64,000 nucleotides of DNA, from assembly GCA_903856085.1 (NCBI GenBank), contig CAIOAT010000003.1, forward strand, positions 64,318 to 128,317. Direction: 5' to 3'. Source of the stretch: Candidatus Omnitrophota bacterium (GTDB lineage: Bacteria > Omnitrophota > Omnitrophia > Omnitrophales > Aquincolibacteriaceae). Within the stretch, counting starts at the first letter, position 1; every line of letters begins with the position of its first letter. The position numbers and the translations under genes are program-made. The notes under the pieces were generated by a model. The model was not told where the DNA came from. It saw only the letters and a program-made list of their open reading frames with translations, and did not search any database. Shown piece after piece: positions 47,080 to 55,492 of the stretch.

Positions 47080-48594
47080 GTGAGAACTCCGAAGACGGTC
47101 CTGAAAAAAGTCTTGGTCGGTCTTGTCCTCTTTTCGCTCGGAGCTTTTGTCGCCTTCCTACTTCCTTTCCTGATCGCTTCTTTCGGGATCTCGGACCCTT
47201 GGGTTCATCACCCGCTGTTTTCGATCCTCGTGATGACCGTGATCTTTGTGGTTGCCTATAAATCCACAGAGAAGTTGATTAAAAAATTTCTCGAAAAGTA
47301 TTTTTTTCATAAAAAAACATTCGCTCAAATGACTCTGATGGATTTGGCGGGCGACTTGACCGTGAATTTAGATCTCCAGGAGATCGCGAATCTGGTGGTG
47401 AATACGTTCGGTGAAGTGCTGCAGTTGAAGACTGTGGCCTTACTCGTTTCGGACCCGCTCCAGAATCATCTTGAGGTTGCGTCGGCTTATGGATGGACGC
47501 TTTCGGCTTCCAAAGGGATTCGCCTCGCGACCGATACGCCGCTTTTGAGAATGATCCATCAAATGGGGCCGCACGTCTTGATGCGTGGGCCGGTACTTCA
47601 GAGCCTTGCTTGGCAGGAAGCGAATGCGTTGGCGCGTGATCTTGATTCTTTGCAGGCCGCCTGGATCATTCCGCTGTTCGTAAAAGGGGAGTTGGTGGGG
47701 CTTCTCGCGTTCGGGGCGCTTTTGCCGGATACCGTGTTTGATCAGGGGGACTTCCATTTCTTCCGGGAATTTGCGGCGGCGATTGCGCCTTGTGTGCATA
47801 ATGCCCTTGTCGTGAAGCGACTCAGGGAGCTTAATTTCGAGCTTCAGGATTCTCAATCCCAGTGGGTCCAGAAGACCAAATTGAACGCGATCGAAAAGCT
47901 GGCCGCGGGCATTGCCCACGAGATCCATAATCCTTTGGCCATCATTTCCGGAAAGGCCCAGGTTCTGCTCATGCAGAAAGGGCCCAAGCAGTTAGAACCG
48001 AATGTTCAGGACGCGCTCAACACGATAGTGAAGCAAACGCGACGGGCAGCCGATATAACAAGGAAGCTTTTGATGTATTCTCAAGGGTCCCGAGGACCCC
48101 AGGAGTGGGTTACTCTGGAAAAAGTATTGGATGAGACCCTGGCGTTGCTTGCGTATCAGGCTTCCATGGATAAGATCGAGATCGTAAGAAATCTGGACCC
48201 CGAACTGCCGCCATTTTACGCGAATATGCAGGAGATTCGGGAGATCTTCCTCAATCTGCTTCTGAATGCTGTGGAGGCCGTGGGGTCTGAGGGGAAGATC
48301 GTTGCGGAATTGAAGTATCGCCGGGATGAAGAGCTGATTGAAATCGTGTGCTCGGACACCGGGAAAGGGATTCCGGCCGAACATCTTGATAAGGTGTTTA
48401 ATCCGTTCTATACCACGAGGCACGAGGCTGTGGGGCTCGGGCTTTTCGTGACCAAACAGATCGTGCATCGTTACGGTGGATCGATTCGCGTTGAAAGCCA
48501 GATAGGGATTGGCAGTATGTTCATTCTTCAATTGCCGTATGTGGCGGAGGCGGCACGAAATACGATAGCGAAAAGAACGGGTGCGCCAGTTTAG
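47080..48594 (+). CDS. Membrane GAF-domain sensor histidine kinase
   Basis: Two TM helices, GAF-like region, AHEIHNPL H-box, N/G1/F/G2 boxes. Confidence 0.9.
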   Translation: MRTPKTVLKKVLVGLVLFSLGAFVAFLLPFLIASFGISDPWVHHPLFSILVMTVIFVVAYKSTEKLIKKFLEKYFFHKKTFAQMTLMDLAGDLTVNLDLQEIANLVVNTFGEVLQLKTVALLVSDPLQNHLEVASAYGWTLSASKGIRLATDTPLLRMIHQMGPHVLMRGPVLQSLAWQEANALARDLDSLQAAWIIPLFVKGELVGLLAFGALLPDTVFDQGDFHFFREFAAAIAPCVHNALVVKRLRELNFELQDSQSQWVQKTKLNAIEKLAAGIAHEIHNPLAIISGKAQVLLMQKGPKQLEPNVQDALNTIVKQTRRAADITRKLLMYSQGSRGPQEWVTLEKVLDETLALLAYQASMDKIEIVRNLDPELPPFYANMQEIREIFLNLLLNAVEAVGSEGKIVAELKYRRDEELIEIVCSDTGKGIPAEHLDKVFNPFYTTRHEAVGLGLFVTKQIVHRYGGSIRVESQIGIGSMFILQLPYVAEAARNTIAKRTGAPV

Positions 48595-48774
48595 GCGCCT
48601 GATTTTTCATTAAGAAAAGCATCGAGCAATCAGTCCTGGTTCTCATCTAGAATGGAATATAGCTGACCAGGACAGTCCTAATCACCATTAAGGAAAAGAA
48701 ATCAAAGATCAGGACAGTGCAGTCCAAGCCAGCGCTGATGAAATGAAAAGGGGAGACTTGGGCGCCTGATTTTT
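48594..48774. repeat. 14-bp direct repeat GGCGCCTGATTTTT flanking a 153-bp spacer
   Basis: Exact copies at 48594-48607 and 48761-48774. Confidence 0.7.
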
Positions 48775-48828
48775 ATAAATGTTCTTGATTAATCTCGGAT
48801 CACACTCACGCAAGGGAGGAATGCAAAA

Positions 48829-49203
48829 ATGAATAAGATATTGATCGTGGATGACGAAATCGAGATCTGTGAATTTTTAAAATCTTTTTTTGAGGACCGT
48901 GATTTCAAAGTTGCGATTGCGTGTGACGGGACCCAAGCGCTTGAGCAAGTGAGTCTCTTTCATCCAGAAGTTGTGCTTCTGGATATTCAGATGCCGGGGT
49001 TGGACGGTCTTCAAACTCTGAAGAAGATCAAAGAAATGCATCCCAAGGTGAAGGTCATCATGGTGACTGCCGTGGAGACGCAAGAGAAGATCGAGGAAGC
49101 CATGCGGCTGGGAGCGGATAATTACATCACCAAGCCCTTGAGTCTTGAATATCTCGAGAAAGACGTTCAGGACAAGATCGATATTCTTGCCAAGGATTTA
49201 TAG
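48829..49203 (+). CDS. Single-domain response regulator
   Basis: ILIVDDE, LLDIQMPG.DG, MVTA, YITKP. Confidence 0.94.
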   Translation: MNKILIVDDEIEICEFLKSFFEDRDFKVAIACDGTQALEQVSLFHPEVVLLDIQMPGLDGLQTLKKIKEMHPKVKVIMVTAVETQEKIEEAMRLGADNYITKPLSLEYLEKDVQDKIDILAKDL

Positions 49204-49219
49204 TGTTCTTTCGGTCAAC

Positions 49220-49298
49220 GTCGGCGACGGTCCAGTTTGAGGACTGCCTTCCGAAGCCTTAGTACGAAGATAGCAACGCCGGAGTCCTTGCCGCCGAT
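49220..49298 (+). ncRNA. Cis-regulatory RNA candidate resembling the atoC RNA motif
   Basis: Closing stem GTCGGCGACGG/TTGCCGCCGAT, inner hairpin GTCC/GGAC, segments TGCCTTCCGAAG and GATAGCAACGCCGG; family similarity from memory only. Confidence 0.5.
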
Positions 49299-49343
49299 AC
49301 GGGGGGGCCCAGAAAGAGACCCCGCACGCTGGGGAAATTTTTT

Positions 49344-50618
49344 ATGCCGACGAAAGCGAAGTTGCCGAACACTCAAAAATTCGATTATCAAGAAGTCCTT
49401 CGGGATGTAGCCCGCAGTATGGTTCGCCTCAAGAGGCCTGACCGCCTTCTCAAGCTTATCACTCGTTTCATCGACCAGCAGTTTGGTCTCGCGCATGCCT
49501 CGCTTCTGGTTTTCGATCCAAAGAAGGGGCATTATGTTTTCGTCCATTCGAAAGGGACAAAACGTCTTCCGATGGGGCTCGTAAAATTCGATTCGGACCA
49601 TCCTCTCGTTCAGTGGTTCTCAGGTTCCAAGAAAAAACTGCCATTCCAAAAAGATTTTCTTTTCCTCTCTGATGTCAAAAAAATGCTTTCCCGCGCGGAA
49701 TTCCGTATGGCCTCGAATTCTAAGGGGGATCAGCTCGCAGGGATCCAGAAAACGATGCAGAACCTGAAAGTAGAGCTGCTGGTTCCCGGTTATTTCAAGG
49801 ATGCGCTCGTAGGTTTGCTGATGTTGGGGCGGCGTGTGAATGGCCGTTGCTTCACCACGCAGGAAGTCACTTTTTTCCAGACGCTGGCCCACGATTGCTC
49901 GATGGCCGTCAAAACCGCGGAATACAATCAGAATCTTGTTGAGCAGAATCAGGAACTCGCGAAGCGTCTTGAAGAGATCGAAAGAATGCGGAACAAAGAA
50001 CAGCGGACCTATTATGAGATCATGCGATCGCTGGCCGAAGAAGTTCATGCCAAGGAGCCTTATATTTTTAGTCATGTCTCGGAAGTGGAGCGCCTCGGAA
50101 TGATGACGGCCCGTGAAATGGGGATGGATCTTTCCGGTAAGACCAAGGACCTGCTTTCCGCGGCATTGATCTTGCATGACGTCGGAAAGATCGGGATCCC
50201 GGATAACATTCTTTGCAAACCCGGACAGCTGACTCAGGAAGAATGGCGGGTCATGAAGACCCATGTGGAAAAAGGAGCCCGGATCCTGGAGCCGCTTACG
50301 GATTTCAAGAAAGTCCGCGAGATTATCATGTCGCATCACGAGCGTTTTGACGGGAGTGGTTATCCTCGTGGTCTCAAGGGGGATGAGATTTCGATCGAAG
50401 CGCGTATCATCAGCGTGGTGGACAGTTTTCATGCCATTGTTTCGTCGCGGTGCTATCGGGAAGGCCGCTCGATTGATTCTGCTATCCACGAGGTCCGGAA
50501 TTGCGCGGGCACCCAGTTCGATCCGGTCGTGGTGGATGCTTTTCTGAGAGCTCTGAGGACGGAGCTTCAAAAAAAAGGCGAGATCCCAAGTGCTTTGGCC
50601 GAACACGCCGCAGACTGA
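49344..50618 (+). CDS. GAF-like + HD-GYP cyclic dinucleotide phosphodiesterase
   Basis: LHDVGKIG, HHERFDGSGYP.GL, GTQFDP. Confidence 0.9.
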   Translation: MPTKAKLPNTQKFDYQEVLRDVARSMVRLKRPDRLLKLITRFIDQQFGLAHASLLVFDPKKGHYVFVHSKGTKRLPMGLVKFDSDHPLVQWFSGSKKKLPFQKDFLFLSDVKKMLSRAEFRMASNSKGDQLAGIQKTMQNLKVELLVPGYFKDALVGLLMLGRRVNGRCFTTQEVTFFQTLAHDCSMAVKTAEYNQNLVEQNQELAKRLEEIERMRNKEQRTYYEIMRSLAEEVHAKEPYIFSHVSEVERLGMMTAREMGMDLSGKTKDLLSAALILHDVGKIGIPDNILCKPGQLTQEEWRVMKTHVEKGARILEPLTDFKKVREIIMSHHERFDGSGYPRGLKGDEISIEARIISVVDSFHAIVSSRCYREGRSIDSAIHEVRNCAGTQFDPVVVDAFLRALRTELQKKGEIPSALAEHAAD

Positions 50619-50645
50619 CCTCTTTCATTTTTATGGACTTATCGC

Positions 50646-50680
50646 TTGCGTCTCCAGGGGGGCATCAGTATAATGCCGCC
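50646..50680 (+). promoter_or_regulatory. sigma70-type promoter with GC-rich discriminator upstream of dksA
   Basis: TTGCGT-17-TATAAT followed by GCCGCC. Confidence 0.65.
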
Positions 50681-50756
50681 TCGATTTCTTAAGTATGTAG
50701 GCAGGCCCGGTCCACGGCGGGGTCTTTCAATTTCAAGGAAAGTGGGTTAAAATTTT

Positions 50757-51221
50757 ATGGCAAAAACCAAAAAAACTTCCAAGAAGTCTTCCAAAAAGCC
50801 TGTGAAAAAGTCTGTCAAGAAACCAGCCAAGGCGTTGAAAGTTAAGCGTCTTCCTAAGAAGGAGCTGGACATGTACAAAAAGATGCTTTTTCAGCTGCGC
50901 GGGAAGATTGCCGGAGATCTCCAGCAAATTGAGGGAGATTCCCTGAGTGGGAATCAACCCAGCAATTCAGGGGAACTCTCCGACGTGGCCGATATGGCAA
51001 CCGATAATTATGATCGGGAACTGAGCATCGGGCTGGCGACTAACGAGCAGCAGCTTCTCAACGACATTGATGTTGCCCTCAAAAGGATTGAAGACGGTAC
51101 CTACGGTGTTTGCGAAATCTATGGAACGCCGATCCCCAAAAAACGTCTTTTGGCGATGCCTTATACTCGTCTTTCGATGAAGGCCCAGGAAGAAGAGGAG
51201 AAGAACAAACGTCATCAGTAA
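50757..51221 (+). CDS. dksA: TraR/DksA-family transcription factor with degenerate Zn finger
   Basis: DVADMA coiled-coil tip, ALKRIEDGTYGVC...RL.AMPY; Lys-rich N-terminus. Confidence 0.88.
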   Translation: MAKTKKTSKKSSKKPVKKSVKKPAKALKVKRLPKKELDMYKKMLFQLRGKIAGDLQQIEGDSLSGNQPSNSGELSDVADMATDNYDRELSIGLATNEQQLLNDIDVALKRIEDGTYGVCEIYGTPIPKKRLLAMPYTRLSMKAQEEEEKNKRHQ

Positions 51222-51676
51222 TCTTCTTCTACGGCCTCGTGGGGTCCGTAGTTCTCATTGACCAGCTCTCAAAATTTCTCGCCCTTCAATATCTTTCCCC
51301 TCAAACATCGGTCCCCCTCATTTCGCAGGTTCTGGATCTGACGCTCGTCAAAAATCCCGGCGTTGCGTTCGGACTTTTTAGCGGCTACGCGCCGGTGCTT
51401 TTTACGGTGATCACGGTCAGCCTTGTTTTTTTATTTCTGATTGCGAACCGTTCTCACGGAACTGCGGCTCATGGAACTTCGACCGTGGACCGTTGGGCGC
51501 TTAGTTTGATCTTAGGGGGTGCGATCGGGAACTGGATCGACCGCCTGCGTTTCGCGGCGGTGATCGATTTTATCGATTTCCGGGTCTGGCCGGTCTTTAA
51601 CCTAGCGGATACTGCGATCACGATCGGTGTTTGTCTTTATTTTGTCCGCGTTCTTATGTCCAAAGAAAAAACATGA
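51221..51676 (+). CDS. lspA: Lipoprotein signal peptidase (start uncertain)
   Basis: DQLSK, NPGVAFG, GGAIGN.IDR, VIDFID, VFNLAD. Confidence 0.92.
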   Translation: MFFYGLVGSVVLIDQLSKFLALQYLSPQTSVPLISQVLDLTLVKNPGVAFGLFSGYAPVLFTVITVSLVFLFLIANRSHGTAAHGTSTVDRWALSLILGGAIGNWIDRLRFAAVIDFIDFRVWPVFNLADTAITIGVCLYFVRVLMSKEKT

Positions 51677-52410
51677 GACCCATTCTTTTTTCTTTCGGGG
51701 CGATCCACCTCTACTCGTACGGTTTCAGTATTGCCTTCGGTGTTCTGCTCTCCCTTTTTCTGATGAGGCATCGCGCCGCTAAAGAAGGGTTTCCTAAGCC
51801 TGACGGGGTGGTCGATATTGCTTTTGCGGTTCTCGTGTGGGGATTTCTCGGAGCTCGACTTTTTTATGTGATCCAGAACTTCTCCTATTACGCGGCTGAA
51901 CCGCTTAAGATCTTGGCCGTTTGGGAAGGCGGGCTGATCTTCTACGGAGGTGCGATCACGGCTTTGCTGGGTTTTGGGCTGATGGTCCGGAAGCAGAAGT
52001 GCCCCTTCTGGAAAACCCTAGATTTTTTTGTCCCGTATGTTGCACTGACGCACGCTTTCGGAAGAATCGGATGCTTTTTGAACGGATGTTGTTACGGCAA
52101 GAGTTGCGATCTGCCCTGGGCTGTTCGGTTTCCGGAGATTCCTCATGCGGTGCATCCGACGCAGCTTTATGAGGCTTTTTATGACCTTCTGCTTTTTGTG
52201 TTCCTCATTAAACGGAGGAAACGGGCTCGGCGCGAAGGTGAGATCAGCCTTCTTTATTTTCTTCTGTACGGCATGGGCCGCTACATGATCGAGTTTGTAC
52301 GCGAACCGAGCTGGATGTGGATGGGACTTACCTCGAACCAGTGGCTGAGCGTCGCGATCATGGTGGTTGCCTTCATTTTTTTTCAATCCCGTCAGCGAAA
52401 AGCCCCATAA
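51673..52410 (+). CDS. lgt: Prolipoprotein diacylglyceryl transferase
   Basis: GARLFYV, WEGGL.FYGG, GRIGCFLNGCCYG, HPTQLYE. Confidence 0.94.
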   Translation: MRPILFSFGAIHLYSYGFSIAFGVLLSLFLMRHRAAKEGFPKPDGVVDIAFAVLVWGFLGARLFYVIQNFSYYAAEPLKILAVWEGGLIFYGGAITALLGFGLMVRKQKCPFWKTLDFFVPYVALTHAFGRIGCFLNGCCYGKSCDLPWAVRFPEIPHAVHPTQLYEAFYDLLLFVFLIKRRKRARREGEISLLYFLLYGMGRYMIEFVREPSWMWMGLTSNQWLSVAIMVVAFIFFQSRQRKAP

Positions 52411-52411
52411 C

Positions 52412-53335
52412 ATGCCCAAAAACCGTTTTACGGAGTTTGAGGTGGAGTCCATGGAGGCCGAGCAACGGCTCGATGTGTTTCTCGCCCAGAAGATGCTTGA
52501 TCAACATTCTCGATCGCATCTTCAAAAGATGATCAAGAATGGTGCTGTGCTCGTGGATGGAAAAAATGTGACACCCCACCATCTGGTCAAGGAAGGTGAG
52601 AAAGTCCGCGTCGAAAAACTCGACATGCCGGTGGAGGATCTTCCCGCCGAGGCGATCTCACTCGATATTGTTTATGAAGATGACGATTGCCTGGTTGTGA
52701 ACAAAGCGGCGGGCATGGTCGTCCATCCAGCGCATGGAAACCCCCGCCATACGCTCGTCAACGCGCTGCTCTTTCATGTCCAAAGCCTGGGGAATGCCGA
52801 GGACAAGGTCCGGCCGGGGATCGTGCACCGCCTCGATAAAGACACCTCAGGCCTCCTGGTGGTCGCCAAGAATGACTACGCACATGCCAAACTCGCGTTC
52901 CAGTTCAAAGAACACACGATTGACCGGGTCTACAACGCCATCGTCCGCGGCGTGGTGCAGCATGACGAGGGTGTCTGCGAAGAACCCGTGGGGCGTGCCT
53001 TTCTCAATCGAAAAAAAGTAGTCATTCGTCCCTCCGGCGGTAAGGACGCTGTCACTTTTTTTCGTGTGCTGAAACGGTTTCCGAACGCGACTTTCGTGGA
53101 GATCCGTCCGAAGACCGGCCGCACCCATCAGATCCGCGTGCATTTCGCGTACATGGGGCATCCGGTGTTGGGCGATGCCCTTTATGGCGTTCAATTCCCG
53201 CCGATCAAACGACAAGCGCTTCACGCCTTGTCGCTTGGATTTGAGCAACCCCGTACGAAGAAGTGGATCCATCTGACAAGCGAGTTACCCGAGGATATGC
53301 AGGGCCTTCTGCGCTTTCTTGAAACGCACCCCTAA
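52412..53335 (+). CDS. rluD: RluA-family pseudouridine synthase (RluD-like)
   Basis: S4 domain, NKAAGMVVHP, HRLDKDTSG, TGRTHQIRVH. Confidence 0.92.
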   Translation: MPKNRFTEFEVESMEAEQRLDVFLAQKMLDQHSRSHLQKMIKNGAVLVDGKNVTPHHLVKEGEKVRVEKLDMPVEDLPAEAISLDIVYEDDDCLVVNKAAGMVVHPAHGNPRHTLVNALLFHVQSLGNAEDKVRPGIVHRLDKDTSGLLVVAKNDYAHAKLAFQFKEHTIDRVYNAIVRGVVQHDEGVCEEPVGRAFLNRKKVVIRPSGGKDAVTFFRVLKRFPNATFVEIRPKTGRTHQIRVHFAYMGHPVLGDALYGVQFPPIKRQALHALSLGFEQPRTKKWIHLTSELPEDMQGLLRFLETHP

Positions 53336-53347
53336 TTCGCTTATAAT
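53319..53347 (+). promoter_or_regulatory. sigma70-type promoter heading the menaquinone cluster
   Basis: TTGAAA-17-TATAAT, 8 nt before GTG 53356. Confidence 0.65.
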
Positions 53348-53355
53348 CAAAAGCC

Positions 53356-54033
53356 GTGAATCCTGTTCATTGGCTTTTCTTCATCGGGACCGTTGTCGTC
53401 TCTCTGGGTTTTGCATTCTACGGGCAGTGGGTGCTCTGGAAATATAAAGCGTCTGCTTATAGAACCACCGTGACCGGCTGCGAGACCGCACGTTTCGTTC
53501 TGGATAAAGCGGGCCTCGTCCAGGTTCCTGTGACTCCGATCGAACCCTCCGAGGAATATCCTTCCGCCGAAGGTCTTTTTTTGGAACCTGGGATCTATGA
53601 AGGGCGCGATTTCCTTTCTGTCCTTCAGGCATCGCGTCAGGCATTCCTGAAGTGTCAACTCTCCAACATGACTTTTTGGGTGCGTCTCAAAACCCGTATT
53701 GCGTTCCTGATCCGTTTCACAGTTTTGGCCGGATGGATCCTCTTGGTTCTCGGCAATTTTTTCCACGCCCTTCAATTCCTGGTCAACCTTGGGCTTGGGT
53801 GTTTTACCGTGGTCATGGCCCTCGTGATCTTTGATCTGCCGTTTGAACTGGAGGTCGAGGAGAAAACGTCCAAGCTTCTCAAACATTCCGGATATTTTCA
53901 GCTGAATGAAATGACCCATCTGAAAAAGCTGAGTCAAGCGATCGCGCTTTGGGGGCTAGCGGCCATCGTCCGTGCTCCCTTTGATAAATGCCTTTGCCTT
54001 TTAGGGAAGAAAGGGAGGGGCTATGGGCTTTAA
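53356..54033 (+). CDS. Degenerate neutral zinc metallopeptidase-family (Zn_peptidase_2-like) membrane protein lacking HExxH
   Basis: TG.E.AR..LD..GL..V, IY.GR, LPFE patterns conserved; HExxH position reads RQAFL. Confidence 0.6.
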   Translation: MNPVHWLFFIGTVVVSLGFAFYGQWVLWKYKASAYRTTVTGCETARFVLDKAGLVQVPVTPIEPSEEYPSAEGLFLEPGIYEGRDFLSVLQASRQAFLKCQLSNMTFWVRLKTRIAFLIRFTVLAGWILLVLGNFFHALQFLVNLGLGCFTVVMALVIFDLPFELEVEEKTSKLLKHSGYFQLNEMTHLKKLSQAIALWGLAAIVRAPFDKCLCLLGKKGRGYGL

Positions 54034-55492
54034 AAATCTCGGGGAATTTCTGAAAGCCCTTCGCGAAGAAGGCGAGCTTGTGGAAGTGAAAGCGCCGGTC
54101 GATCCGGTGCTGGAGGTGACGGAAATTTATGACCGCATCGTGAAAAAGGAGGGGCCGGCGCTTCTTTTTACGAATGTCCGAGGTTCTTCGATGCCGCTTG
54201 CTATCAACATTTTTGGTTCTCAGAAACGTATGAGTATGGCGCTTGGCGTAAGGGACACTGCAGAGATCGCCCAGCGCATCCATTCTTTCTTGGATCTCAA
54301 GCCGCCCCAAGGTCTTTTTGAGAAGCTCGCGATGATCCCTAAGCTCTCAGAGTTGAACGCTATCATTCCTAAATCCGTCAAGCACGCACCTTGTCAGGAG
54401 AAGATCATTCTCGCGGGCGAAGGAAAGATGTTGGATCAACTTCCCTTGATCCAGTGCTGGCCCAAGGATGGTGGAAAATTTATCACATTCCCGCTCGTGG
54501 TTACCCAGGACCCCGAGACGAGCAAACGCAATCTCGGGCTTTATCGAATGCATGTCTATGATGACCGGACAACCGGAATGCATTGGCAGATCCATAAGGA
54601 CGGTGCCGAACATTTTCGCAAGCTCCGCAAGGGCGGGAAAGGCCGCTTGCCCGTCGCGTGTGTGATCGGCGCGGATCCGGCGACTATGTTCGCGGCCGCG
54701 TGCCCGCTTCCGAGTGGTATGGATGAGCTGATGCTCGCGGGATTTTTGAGGAAAAAATCTGTGGAGCTTGTCAAATGCAAGACCATTGATCTGGAGGTTC
54801 CGGCCGAGGCCGAGATCGTGCTGGAAGGGTATGTCGAAGAGGGAGAGATGCGTCTTGAGGGGCCATTCGGTGATCACACGGGGTTTTACTCGCGCGCGAA
54901 GGATTTTCCAGTTTTTCACATCACCTGCATGACGCATCGCAAGGATCCGGTCTATGTCACGACCGTCGTCGGCCGCGCGCCGATGGAGGATTGTTACATG
55001 GGGAAGGCGATCGAACGGATATTCCTTCCTATGATCCAAAAACCATTTCCCGAGATCACGGATATACACCTTCCCTGGGAAGGGGCGTTTCACAATTGTC
55101 TTATCGTGAGTATCAAAAAAAGCTATCCGGAGCAGGGAAAGAAGATCATTCATGGGATCTGGGGCCTCGGACAGATGATGTTCTCCAAAATGATCGTTGT
55201 CCTCGACGATGATACGAATATTCAGGACTTGAAAGAGGTTTCGTGGCGCGTGCTGAATAATATGGACCCGAAACGCGATATTGTGTTTGGCGAAGGGCCG
55301 CTCGATGAGCTCGATCACGCCGCGGCGAAGGATTTCGGAGGCTCGAAGATCGGGATCGACGCGACGCGAAAAAACGAAGCCGAAGGGATGGAGCGTCCCT
55401 GGCCCGAAGATATCGTGATGACGGATGAGATCAAACGCCGGGTCGAGACTCGTTGGCGTGAGTATGGGCTAGATGAAAAATATCTTCGCTAA
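54023..55492 (+). CDS. ubiD: UbiD-family menaquinone biosynthesis decarboxylase
   Basis: WP.DGG.FIT, RNLGLYR, EGPFGDHTG, K.GIDAT. Confidence 0.92.
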   Translation: MGFKNLGEFLKALREEGELVEVKAPVDPVLEVTEIYDRIVKKEGPALLFTNVRGSSMPLAINIFGSQKRMSMALGVRDTAEIAQRIHSFLDLKPPQGLFEKLAMIPKLSELNAIIPKSVKHAPCQEKIILAGEGKMLDQLPLIQCWPKDGGKFITFPLVVTQDPETSKRNLGLYRMHVYDDRTTGMHWQIHKDGAEHFRKLRKGGKGRLPVACVIGADPATMFAAACPLPSGMDELMLAGFLRKKSVELVKCKTIDLEVPAEAEIVLEGYVEEGEMRLEGPFGDHTGFYSRAKDFPVFHITCMTHRKDPVYVTTVVGRAPMEDCYMGKAIERIFLPMIQKPFPEITDIHLPWEGAFHNCLIVSIKKSYPEQGKKIIHGIWGLGQMMFSKMIVVLDDDTNIQDLKEVSWRVLNNMDPKRDIVFGEGPLDELDHAAAKDFGGSKIGIDATRKNEAEGMERPWPEDIVMTDEIKRRVETRWREYGLDEKYLR

